Position numbers and translations under genes: made by a program
Notes under the pieces: generated by a model
Seen by the model: only the letters and a program-made list of their open reading frames with translations
Told to the model about the DNA's origin: nothing
Databases searched by the model: none
In this document: positions 39,770-51,008 of the stretch, piece after piece
Layout: the number at the start of each line of letters is the position of its first letter
Position numbering within the stretch: the stretch's first letter is position 1
Assembly: GCA_047967505.1 (NCBI GenBank)
Contig: CM106538.1
DNA from: Dipteris shenzhenensis
Taxonomy: Eukaryota
Length of the DNA: 64,000 bases
Strand: one strand, 5' to 3'

Positions 39770-42644
39770 GCCTTTCATAGAGAATCCATCAGTGAACTTG
39801 GTGATTGCAAGTTTTTAAAATATTTACATGGATACTGCCACACTTCCATGATTCATGTTACAAAATGACTATGAGATTGACAAGCAAACTTCGCAAACTT
39901 AGAAGCACAAAAAATGGCCGATACTAGTGAGTCACTATCTCAGAAGAAGTGATTACACCATCTGCACATCGACTTAGAAGAACAATATGCTCCAGCACAA
40001 AAAAGATGAAAGGATACGGTGCTGAATGCTCAACAGTGGGAAAATATGAGAAGAGAAGGGCTTCAACATATTGACTTATGGTGCGATGGAAGCATATATC
40101 CAAAATGTCAAGTAAAAAACTCTACACCTCCATTTGTCAATCCCACCACATTACTGAGGTTTGCCGGCGATGGACAAAATGGACTTCTTGGTTATATTTC
40201 AGCGCACTCTGCATTTGCAGAAACGTATAAAATGATGTACCTATAAGAAAAGGGGGCCAAGATGCAGGAGATAGCCATTCGTGCAAAATTGGAGCAGCAG
40301 TTGTAGAATGAAATTGAGGAGCATTAAAAGAGTAAAAAAGAGTTGACAAGAGCAAGAAAGAAGAGAACCATGCTTGGAGAAAGACTACGTAGTAGGAAGA
40401 TTAAAAACATTGCAAATTTGAAGGCTGGGACTGGTGGATGCAAGCGAAGAATTCAGGAAGCAAGGTTAGATTGAAATTTATCATTTTGTATACTCAAAAA
40501 GGCTCTCAAATGACTATATCTATTTCGTCCATTATAGCAAAACAAGAATGGAGGTGCTGAATGATATAGGCATATTGTGTTGTTACTATAGGAAATTATT
40601 GGAGCCTGCAAAAGAAAATATGGATCCGAACCTTCTTCCTATTAAACAAATGAAAGGATTGCTTTCTTGTGGTGTAGCAAAAGGTTTGATTGAGGAAAAA
40701 AAATACAAAACAGTCAAATGCAATGTTGTAGAGGACTTTGTATCCAATAATCAAGTTGATGGCCGCACTATAATCCAAGAGGCTCTTGATGTTAGTGGAG
40801 TTAGCAGGAAGGGATATAGTTTGATTTTCCATGCAATATCCTCAACTTTAAAAGATCAAAGGATTAAACGAGTTTTACTGCCAAATCCAGCAACCGTGTG
40901 GAGGATAAGAGATCATTTGAATGAAAGTATAGATGAATTTATTGGGCAATATGTCCATATTGAAGAAATATTTCATGGTGGTAAAGGAACCACTGTGTAT
41001 GATCCTTGGAACAATATATTTGTAGATCTACAACAACTTCAAAGAAGAATGGTCGAGTTTTATGGAATAACATTTGAGGAGTGCAAAGGCATTTTGAAAT
41101 TTGTTATCAAACTGGATGAGTGTGAGGTAAAGGAAAAGAAAATGGAAAGAGTTACTATTACATTGATGAATGGAGCACTTGATACATCATTGACTGAAGC
41201 GAGTTCGAAGTATTTTAGTGTGCAGTCAGAGAAACACATATGGTGGTTAAGGCTCAGGTATGATCATTTTTTGTTTTGTACTTGATTTTGGTCATTGTTT
41301 TCAAATCTGTTATAGTAAGATTTATGTTTTCTATAATCTAGCAGGTGAAGACAGAAGACCATGAAACACTAGATTGGGTGTTTCACCACATGGAAATACC
41401 AAAAATAATCAAAAGACAAGTGCAAGGCGAGAATCTCCATGTTGCAGGAAAAGGTGATTTTCAAGTAGAGTGGCACATGGCCGGGGATCTTAAAACACTT
41501 AAGTGCATGTATAACGTTAGTAAAGGAGGCAACTCAAAGTCTCCTTGTCTTTACTGCAAAGAATCAGCTCAACTAATGGATTCCAAATGGTGGAAGAGAG
41601 CACCTAATAGAGATAAAGTTGACCCTGACTTCAAGGCCATTCTGGACATTCCACTATGTAATGTTCACATCTGCACATTGCATGGTCTATGTCGAATTAT
41701 TGAGAAATTGGTATTTTTGTAGATTGGATTTGCTTGGAAACTCCGTCCCAAAAAAATTAGAAAGGATGCTCTTCAAGCATTGGAAAAAGTGTTATCCGAT
41801 ATCGGTCTGCATGGAGGAGATGTTCAAATCACAACAGATTTTAAAAAGTCTACCAATGGCAAGGAGGTACCAATTAAGACCTCTATTGGTGGTGTTAAGG
41901 CAAGAAGATTCTTGTCTCGACCCAAACACAGTAAGCAAGTAAGGCAAGGTAGAACAGTTTCAAAGATTAATTATGGGTTATGGAAGCAGGTCCATAATGC
42001 CGTGAAAGATCATGAGGCAGATGGGGAAGCACGAAATGTGAAGGCAGAGGTGTGGAGGTCTCTTGATCATCTCTTCATGTTCTGTGACAAAGTAACATGG
42101 ACAAAGAGTGATTACAAGAACTTTGAGGAGGCAATTAAACATTTTGGGAAGTCAATGAAAGACGCGTGGACAGCCTGCAATATAACTCACTACATGGTAA
42201 GGTTCTATCTTCTTCTTTTACTTAAGTGTGATCCTCTTTTTTTTATTACTTACTATGCATTCTTATGTCTTACAGCATATCATCTACAACCACCTTCCCT
42301 ATTTTGTCAAAAAGTATGGATGCCCAGCAATTTGGTCTACCCAAGGCATGGAGAAGTCTCACTACATGGCACGTAATGCATTTTTCAGACACACACAACA
42401 CTATGGAGGGAGTCAAAAGGCAAATAGTCTGAAGGAAATCTTCCAATGGTTTTACCGAGGCATACTACAGAGGCTGCATGCTAAAAGAAAAGTTGCTAGC
42501 TCCAAAGTCAAGCTTGCTTTTCTTCTAGCCCAAAAGCAAAGACGAAGACGAACTCTAGACAATTCAATGGCAGCAGAGAGACATAGACAATGGAGGGAAT
42601 CGAAGATATTTAAAAACCATAAATGGACAAGTAAACATGAATAG
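39770..42644 (+). pseudogene. DDE transposase with RAG1/Transib-like core, spliced, several stops and a frameshift
   Basis: FVIKLDE, AGDLKTLK...SPCLYC, ICTLH, NITHYM|HIIYNHLP...AIWSTQGMEKSH. Introns ~40465-40538, 41258-41344 and 42197-42275. Confidence 0.85.
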
Positions 42645-42989
42645 GAATTTGTAACTTATTGGTGTTATGTCCACATGTTTTCAAACTCAATCAATAGAAT
42701 TTTTTTTTGTGGAACAAGTGACTCTTGGTGTTATGCCTATATGATTTGAGACTCCATCAACAGTATTTCTTTTGTGAAACATGTGATCTAAACGTAATAC
42801 AATTTGTTCACAATTTCAATATATTGTTTGTTTAATATTTAATGACACCACTCTATCTATTTAATGACACCACTCTATCTAAATGTACAAATCATTTCAT
42901 CTTCAACTTATTGTTACCAGACATCAAAGACTTTGTACAAATTAGTTCAACTTCAATATAATGTTTGTGCTATATTTGATGACTAAATC

Positions 42990-45560
42990 CTATTTCTCCC
43001 AGGGCCTCCCAATCGGAACTCTCTTTTTTATCTTGATTGGAGTCTTTTTCTTCCTTATTGGCTTGATGTCGACTGTCTGTTTATCAATGCTTACCTCTGT
43101 TGCTTGTTTGGGAGGGGTATCCTTTTCTTCAGCTATCTCCACGTGTTCTTCTTCTTGGATTGTGTCGCCTGATGCAATCATGGGTGGCTCTCGAAACCTT
43201 ATGAGCTTCTGTTTTCCATAGCCCTCTAGACATTTGGGCTCCTTAACACCACATGCTAATGCATAAGAAGTATAAGACAAAAAGTAAGAGGCCCTAGAGG
43301 CTTGCTTATTCACATAATCTCCAAATATATCTATGGCAGACAACCTCTCTTTCAAAATGATCTTTTCCTTTTGCCATGAAAGATCATGTCCACCTAAAAC
43401 CCTGGACAAACATTTTAAGAAGTAAACAATGGCTTCTCCATCGTTGCTCAACTGCCTATGGTAAATCAAGATCTTAGCACTGCCTAGATCATGAATATAA
43501 TGAGCTAGGCTTGACAGTTTGCGAAACCCAGCCGGCCTGCTTCCACCACTTGATCTTTGGAGGAATGTGTCATCCTCAATTTGTAGCTGCCACATATCAA
43601 AAGATTGGAGTGAGATAATACACAACCTACAAAACATTTAAGCAGAAGACAAAGTATTTGATTTGAAGTAACAAGATCGTACCTTCTCATTTTCATCAGC
43701 AACAAGCAGTTCATCTTTCCAAAGATTTATTCCTCTCCCCTCCAGTCCAGCCTCTTCTTTAAGCTTTTCCGTGTATAGTGCTGAGAGATTCATAGCTTCC
43801 TGTGTGAGCTGGAAGGCAGCTTCACTTGACTCTTGGAACTTTTCAGCCTCTTTGAAACAAATAGTAAGGGCCTCTGCAGGATCAAAAATTGTTTCCAAAG
43901 CCAGTAGTGAATGGTCATCCTCTATGCCAACCTCCTTGTCAAGCCTTGAAGCCTGGGCAATAAGGGAAATGGCATAGTCCTCCCTCAAATTGAACATACA
44001 CTCTATATCATGGAGGAAAACATAATATTTTCTACCAATCAAGACACCTGGAAGCATGGGCACTGCATAGTTGCTGCTCTGAACATCAAAATCTTCAACT
44101 GGCTATGCTCCCCTAAGAGTTTTTGTCCTCAATTGAATAAGGTCAAGAGTAGCCACTTGCAGCCCTTCATCTTGGAGGTTGATATCTTCTTCTTGCTCTG
44201 CCATTTCTATTACCAAAGGAACATCCTCTTTTTCCTCTGCTTCAGATGTGTCTTCTTCTTCAGCCTCCTACCCTTGTTCATCCAGAGAGTCTTGACTGAA
44301 GACAATGTACATAAGGAATGCTATGGTTTCCTCAAGCACTCTACACTTTTTGGTGTGCAAGTTACAGTTGACTTTATATTGATCAGCGAGCTGTCAAATC
44401 TTCTATTCACATGGTACCTCAGCCTGTCAATGGAGACAATTTAATTTATATGCACAAGAACCTTTTCACCTTCCACAAATCTTCCTGCCTCCGTCAGTTG
44501 TTTGAAGGTATCCCAATGATCTGAAAGAAAATCTTTGTGATGCTCAAGTACAGAGCTCATTGTGAACTCCATGTTGAAAATACTGTGGTATATGTGGAAG
44601 TTCCTCTCAGCCTTGCATTTGTGAAGAAACTCAAATAGGAGCGAATCTGGAGACTTGTCCTCTTTTGGTTCCATTTGTTTTGAGATGGAAGAATCAGCAT
44701 TCTGCTCCAGTCTCTTCCTTTTGCCTGTTCCAAAATTTATATACATTGAATTCTATATGCTGACATATGCAATCAGGGAATGCATAGGATATCACCTCTC
44801 ATGACTCACCTGGTGATTGCTGTGGTCTAATAATAGCAGTAGAAAAGTCCAGCTTCCTCTTGAAAGGAGGGGCCTGGGAGTCAACTGTTCCAAAGAAAAA
44901 ACATTTCTCATCATCAAGGAAGAATTCCACAGGGCCAAAGATAGCAAAACAATGAGGTAGAAGTGAGAACCAAAAGAGACACAGGAATTTGCAGGAAAAC
45001 GCGATGTAGGACCATTTGGAAAATATAAAGCACTCTCCTCGCATTTTGTTGCAAATTCTCCAGTTCTGTTGATATCCATGTCAAATCAAACACTAGGTTC
45101 ATCTCATTGATTCCTGGACAGTATGAGTTGATATGCAAGAGAAAGGCTAGAGCTGAGTGAAGCTTTTCATGAGGAATGTGTCAACAACAGGAATTTGCAG
45201 CAAAATGCGATATAGGCTATCTAGAGATGGATAAAGCACTCTCCTCGCATTTTGTTGCAAACTTCTAGGTTCTATTCATATCCATCTCCAATCAAATTCT
45301 TGGGTGATTTACCACATTCTTGGATAGTATAAATTGAATATGTAATAAGAAGGGTGGAGTTGAGTGAAGACATTTGGACATCAAGAATCCAATGGATGGA
45401 AGAAATATATGTCAAAAAACATTGAAAAGAATCTAGAATTCTGACCTTTTTTTTCCTTTTCCATGTTGTTGGAGTTGCACTGGTGAATCTCCTGCTCTTT
45501 TCCAAACTTGAGCTGTAGCCTCAGTAACCTGGAGATCTGGCAGTGGTAGTAGTCTTCACG
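42990..45560 (-). pseudogene. Multi-exon cargo gene of unknown function inside the TIR element
   Basis: ORFs 42990-43637, 43638-44063 and 44441-44746 on one strand; GT-AG intron 43587-43682; basic C-terminus; no domain recognised. Confidence 0.55.
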
Positions 45561-46620
45561 CAGGTTGCAGTCTGGATGGAGTGTGCTGGGTAGGAAGGGA
45601 TCAGAGAGAGAAGGAAAAGGAAGATGCGAGGGCCCTGGCAGGGATGAAAAATTGGGAGGCAGGGGAGGGAAGAGTGGTTGTGGAATTGATTATGAAATCA
45701 TGAATGGCACAAGTTCCAAGGCATAAAGTATACCTTTCACATGTGCCAAGTTTCAAACTCCAAGAGATCTGGGTCCCATCCACACGTGTGAAAAATGACT
45801 ACATTCCACACGTGTGGGATTTAGTAGCTGCCTTGTTTGTATTTTGCACTTATCTTTTCCCTCCTGTCTAATCTATCTTGTCTCAGCCCTCTTGCCCTCC
45901 AGTCTCAACTCTCTTGCCTCCCTACCTCCCTACTCTGCAACATCAGCATCCTGACCAGCAGCACAGGTCCCCAGCACAGGGTACTCATCAGTAGCACAAC
46001 ACACCCACAGATAGATTTCAGGTCAGTATTAATGGGTTCTTCCCTCAGTCTCTGCAATCTTCTTGCCTACCATAGAAACAATCCATCCTGCATGGAAATG
46101 CATAGACTCAGTCCATATTTTATTTAGTTGTAAAGACAGAGAAATCACTATAGGAATGCAGATCTTCAAGTGTGATAATTGCATGTGACTGTAAAACTAT
46201 ACTTATGGGTTCTTCCTTCAGTCTGTGCACACTTCTTGCCTTCCATAGACTCAATCCATCCTGCATGGACATGCAAACACCTTCAAATGATTGAAGGCAT
46301 ATTCTAGCATGCTGCCTCATGAATTTGCAGGAAAATGCGAGGAGAAGGCCTTAGGAATTTCAAACAGCCAAAATCGCGTTTTGTTGCAAATATTGAAATG
46401 TTGCTTCATCCACCCCTGTCATTCTGGTTTTGTGACTTCCATAGTTGTCCATGGTTGTACTCTTCTTGCATAAACTCCATTCATATTGTATTAAGTTGTA
46501 AAGACAGAGAAATTACTGTAGGAATGCACCAGCATGTCACTTCAAGTATTTGCAAGAAAAAATGATTTCGACTTGTTAGGAATTTCAAACTGTCCATACC
46601 GCGTTTTATTGCAAAATTTT
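44985..46620. repeat. Four ~74-bp hairpin units (44985-45058, 45191-45264, 46321-46394, ~46547-46620)
   Basis: Each begins ATTTGCA(G/A)-AAA-GCGA-like and ends (T/C)CGC-TTTT-TTGCAAA; the right-hand pair is inverted relative to the left-hand pair. Confidence 0.75.
45781..45817. promoter_or_regulatory. Twin extended G-box palindromes in the divergent intergenic region
   Basis: CACACGTGTG (45781-45790) and CCACACGTGTGG (45806-45817) between divergently oriented cargo genes. Confidence 0.4.
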
Positions 46621-46722
46621 CAATGTTGCTTCATCCACCCCTGTGATTGTCTTTTTGTGTCATACCATGTTCTCCATGGCTATAATCTCTTTCCATTGCT
46701 TTGTATGCAGTTTGTCAGAGTG

Positions 46723-47163
46723 ATGGCAAGAACCAAGTCAACTACAAGGAAAGCTGGCAAAAGGCCAGGGCTTGCAGCAACAACAGCTGGGGCAGGTACT
46801 AAGAAATTTAGTGTGCCTCCAAAGGGAAGAGCTGCACATGGCAGGAAGGGTAAGCCAATGAGTCTGCTCCAGCAAAAGGCTAAGAGATTGAATCATGGTG
46901 CAGGTGTGCTAAGGGAGATCAAGAAGCAACAGAAAGCTATAGGCTTTGCAATCCCCAAGGCACCTTTTCAAAGACTGGTGAAAGAAATATGTGATAGTTG
47001 GCACCTTGGCTTCAGGTGGAACAGGACTGCCATTCTTTCCTTACAGGAAAGGGCAGAGAATCACTTGGAAAAATATTTTGAAGATGCAATGCTGGTAGCA
47101 ACCCATGCTCACAGGGTGACTGTGATGGCCAAAGACTTCAACACTTTGTCCAGAGTGAGATGA
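46723..47163 (+). CDS. Divergent histone H3/CENH3-like protein (146 aa to first stop)
   Basis: MARTKSTTRK tail; LREIKKQQK...IPKAPFQRLVKEI...RW...LQERAE...FEDAML...HAHRVTVMAKDF aligns with the H3 histone fold. Confidence 0.9.
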   Translation: MARTKSTTRKAGKRPGLAATTAGAGTKKFSVPPKGRAAHGRKGKPMSLLQQKAKRLNHGAGVLREIKKQQKAIGFAIPKAPFQRLVKEICDSWHLGFRWNRTAILSLQERAENHLEKYFEDAMLVATHAHRVTVMAKDFNTLSRVR

Positions 47164-48890
47164 ATGTATGACAAGCTTGTTCATCCTGTGGAATGGCAGG
47201 ACATAAAGATGAGAGACATATTATGAATTCCACCTACAAGGAAGTTGAAGGTAGATGAGGTTAAGGTTGTTGAAGTAACCCACTCAAAGAACACCAGAGG
47301 GAAGGCTGCTTATGAGGAGTCACTGAAGCAGCAAATAAAAGAAACAAAATCTGTTATAGATGTGGAGACTGGAAAGAGGGAGCTGCAGATACAAAGAAGG
47401 TTGCAGGAGCTGGGCCCTAATATAGTTGTCCATATTGAGGATGAATTTTCAGTGAATGATTTTGACTTGACAAAACCATGCTTGGCAGCATTGGCTCATA
47501 AGAATGAGTATTGCTCAGATACTATCATTCTTGCAATGCTCTAGTAAGTGTCTATTATTTTACATTTTTTGCAAAACAATCCTCCTTGTACCTCCTTTAT
47601 ACCCTACCCTAATTATTTTTTGGTCCCATGCAGCATGATGAGAAGCTAGCTTCACCCCTCTGTATAGCATACGGTCCATATTATTGATCCTACCATTTCT
47701 TCTAAGTTAAGAGATGCAAAGGAAACTCCCATCGGTATTTCCAACTGGTTCAGACTGCAATTTTGAAGTTATTGATGTTTTGCTACTTCCATACCATAAC
47801 AGGTATGTGGGTGACTGCTTCTTTTGAGATTCTTCTTTAAGATTGAGAACTCTTGTATCCTTTTATTTCTTAATGCTTTTTTCCTTACGCAGTGACCACT
47901 GGAGTTTTGTTTCTATTGACATCCAGTAGAAGCAATGCTTTATATTCAACTCTCTTAAAAACACACACAGAGAGCTGAAATTGTAAGTGGTATGTGTGCT
48001 TTTTGAACTTAAAACTTCATTATTTTGATATCATACTAACTAAATTATAAGTATTGCAGTTGTATTAGAAGGCTTCTAGATGCATTGGATCACTGTCCTC
48101 CTAATGTCTCTCTTTTGGATTTAATAGAGCCAATAAATCTAGAATTCGTTCCCTCTACTAATGTCTATTTCATGCTATGCCATTGAACTTATTGAATAAT
48201 TTTGTTTTGTTCAGATGTTAACAGTTTCTAACATATCTTTCCAACTGTACAGACACCACAACAAGATGATTCAAGTAGCTGTGGATGGAGAGTGCTGATC
48301 AGTGCCAAATATCTACTTTCAAGCTATTTTGAGAAAGAACAGCCAGACCTTGTAAGAAAAAATAATTTTTATTTAGCTTGAAGATAATTGATAGTGATAC
48401 AAAGTGTTCTAAATCATCATATGCCATTGCAGATAAAAGAAGATAGCTTCAGCTCAAACTATGTATATAATTTCAGAGCTCATACAATTTGGAAGTTTTT
48501 AAGCTATGCCTCCCCCAAACTTATTATACCAGCTACTGTCGAGTTGGGTGAGAGCTCTAAAGTACGAGAAGGTGTCATACACCTTGATGCCACATATGAA
48601 GCTGATGTGGTGCCACAGGAACAAGGACCTAGTGCTGATGAGGAGAAGCCATAGGAACAAGGACCTACTGCTGATGTTGTTGAGGAGAAGATGGAGCAGT
48701 AGCAAACAGATGCTCCTGGGGTAGTAGAGGAGACAATGGAGCAGCACCAACATACTGCATAGGACAGGATGGAGCAGCAAAAAACAGATTCTCCAAAAAA
48801 TGATGATAGGGAAAGCTTGGACCATGTAGAGCAGAGCTGTAGATAAATAGAAAATGGTTCTCAAGAATATGTTCTACATGTACAACTAAA
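47164..48890 (+). pseudogene. Ulp1/SENP-like (C48) cysteine protease, in-frame continuation of the H3-like ORF, with acidic tail
   Basis: EYCSDTII, VHIIDP, VLLLPYHNS|DHWSFVSID...FIFNSL, TPQQDDSSSCGWRVL. GT-AG introns 47544-47633, 47803-47892 and 47983-48059. Confidence 0.8.
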
Positions 48891-48999
48891 CACTTCTGTA
48901 TAAAATTTTACTTGATTGAATACAAAACCTTTGTTTATGGAGTCTGTGTTATCTCAATTTTCAAAATTTCAATGTCTTTGCATTTTATTGAGCTCTCTC

Positions 49000-50480
49000 T
49001 TCTTTTGAGCACTTGCAAAAAAGCAATATGAATCAATAGGGTAAAGTAAACTAATAGCAGTGCTTAATGAGACTAGGATAAATCAGATGGTATACCTTTT
49101 TATTGTTGTAGATAAATAAAAAGTCATTTGAAATAGAACCTTCTATCTCAAACAGAATGTCATTACGCAATTGAGCTAGGGAGCAACATTCTCTTAATGA
49201 GATATTGACTAGCACATCACCATTCTCAACAACATCAATATCAAGAAGTTTATTTTCTGCACCAAAAGAATCTTCATCTTGATCCATTGGGACTAGTTTT
49301 GTGCCTAGCATTCGACTGTGCTTATAATAAAAAGAAAAAATAAAATTTTGTGATGCAACCATGTACTTCAGTTGCATAGAAGGTTGGACAACCTCACAAA
49401 ACACTAAACTACATGTCTTCTTATCCCAACCTTTATCCAAAAATTGTGGCATGCATGCCGAACTTGTTGCTTTAGCTGTGAACATTGTTTTTGAAACCTT
49501 CACTTGAAAGGTATTAAAGAAGTCCACAAAAACTGTGAGAGGCATGCATAAAGAAATTTTTATTATCCTTGTGGCAATATTGGGCCTCAGAGCTTTCTGT
49601 ACTTCTTTGAAAAGCTTGGCCCTATGTGCCTCTGTAACACTAGAATGTGGGTGAGGCCAATCCACTGAATTCCATGCCGGAAGTTCTTGTTTCCTTAACA
49701 CACCATGTGTGTTAGCATTGTCCAGCAACTGATAAAAATGATCAGTAAAAAATATACCCGATTGAGCTAGCTCTGTTGCACATCGACCTTGGTATTGTTG
49801 TTCTCCTATCGATCCATGCAGAACATCTATAAATCCCAGAATACAATCGATGTTTTGCCATGTCTCATATGATGAAGGGTATAAATCTGAAATAAAACAA
49901 CACAAGAATGTCAATAAGCAAAGAAAGAAAGCTTCATCTTAAAAATCCATACACCTCGTAAAGAAAGAAACCACAATAGAAAAATATACAATTAGGCCTG
50001 TGTTGCGAAAGATCATTTGGATAGTCTCGCAAGACAAGTTCTTTATGCATGTACACATGCTGAATCAAAACTTCTTGCACCGATATCTTCCCTCTGGTGA
50101 TTTTAAAATCTCGTACTCTTCCCTTCCATGATGCTAAGAAAATGTTTTTTGTCTGGGGTCATTTTCTTTTGCTAGGTTGCATGAGCACCCATGCTCCTTT
50201 TGAAACACTAAACCTTTCCCAAGTTTCTTTCGTTTTGACTGTACTTGAATTCTCTATCGAAGAAATAGAAGAAGTAGGTCGACGGGGTAAGGATGTGTGG
50301 CATAATTCTACCTTCATAGCATTATCATCCACAGAGCATCTTCCACAAGAACGGCCATGGTTTTTATTCACCATGGAGACCTTCTGAATCTGTAACAATA
50401 GCAAAGTAATGTAAACAAGATAACAAATTGAAGTTTCAAGAAACAGAAAGTGGGCAAACAGACAGTTGACAAGAAACATC
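49000..50480 (-). CDS. Cargo gene of unknown function (main exon ORF 287 aa)
   Basis: Long open frame 49051-49914 plus upstream exon-like ORF 50159-50390 with flanking splice-like signals; no certain domain. Confidence 0.55.
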
Positions 50481-51008
50481 TTACTCTACGCCAAATAGGA
50501 TCAAGGGAGCAGTTTTCGAAAAGAAGAGGCTGCTACACAATGAGGCAGTGGTGTAGAATGGTAGACCTTTTGAAGGAAAGGTGGCACAACATTTCAAAGT
50601 TCAAAAGAAGGTGGAAGTGGGAAGGCCCTTGTCAGATAAAACGTCAGACTAGATTCTATCTTCATGTCCAAAGATCTTGTGAGAATAAAAAACCAATCTC
50701 CACATTAATATAGCACGCTTGTACCTACATAAAGTATTGTTTCTTTTTTCTATTTTCTCTTATTTTCGTGAATTTCCAACGTTATGTTGGCCCTCTATTG
50801 ATTGGTTGAGAGCTTATTTTTCCAAACCGTAAAAGGCCCCAAAATGAGCTCCCTTTTTTCCTAATGGTGTAGTTGTGCTTGAGTTAGGTATGACTGATGA
50901 TGTGTCCGTTAGTATAGGTGTGAATGAGTGAATCTAGGAGTGTGGGTGGTGTGATTGAGAGATGCTGATTGAGAAATCAATGGAGAAATTAGTGGAGCTT
51001 GGCTTGCA

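Larger units (their letters stand above)
39513..50866 (+). mobile_element. 11.35-kb TIR DNA transposon (RAG1/Transib/Chapaev-like transposase) with three cargo genes
   Basis: TIR CATTAGGGAAAAAGGGAGCTCATTTTGGGG (39513-39542) versus reverse complement of 50837-50866, one mismatch in 30 bp; TSD GTGT at 39509-39512 and 50867-50870. Confidence 0.92.

Noticed and set aside
46534-47163. Canonical host histone H3 or true CENH3 gene (209-aa ORF)
   Set aside because: Too divergent from H3, lies within TIRs, and the first 63 codons precede a splice acceptor and the MARTK start, so they are probably not coding.
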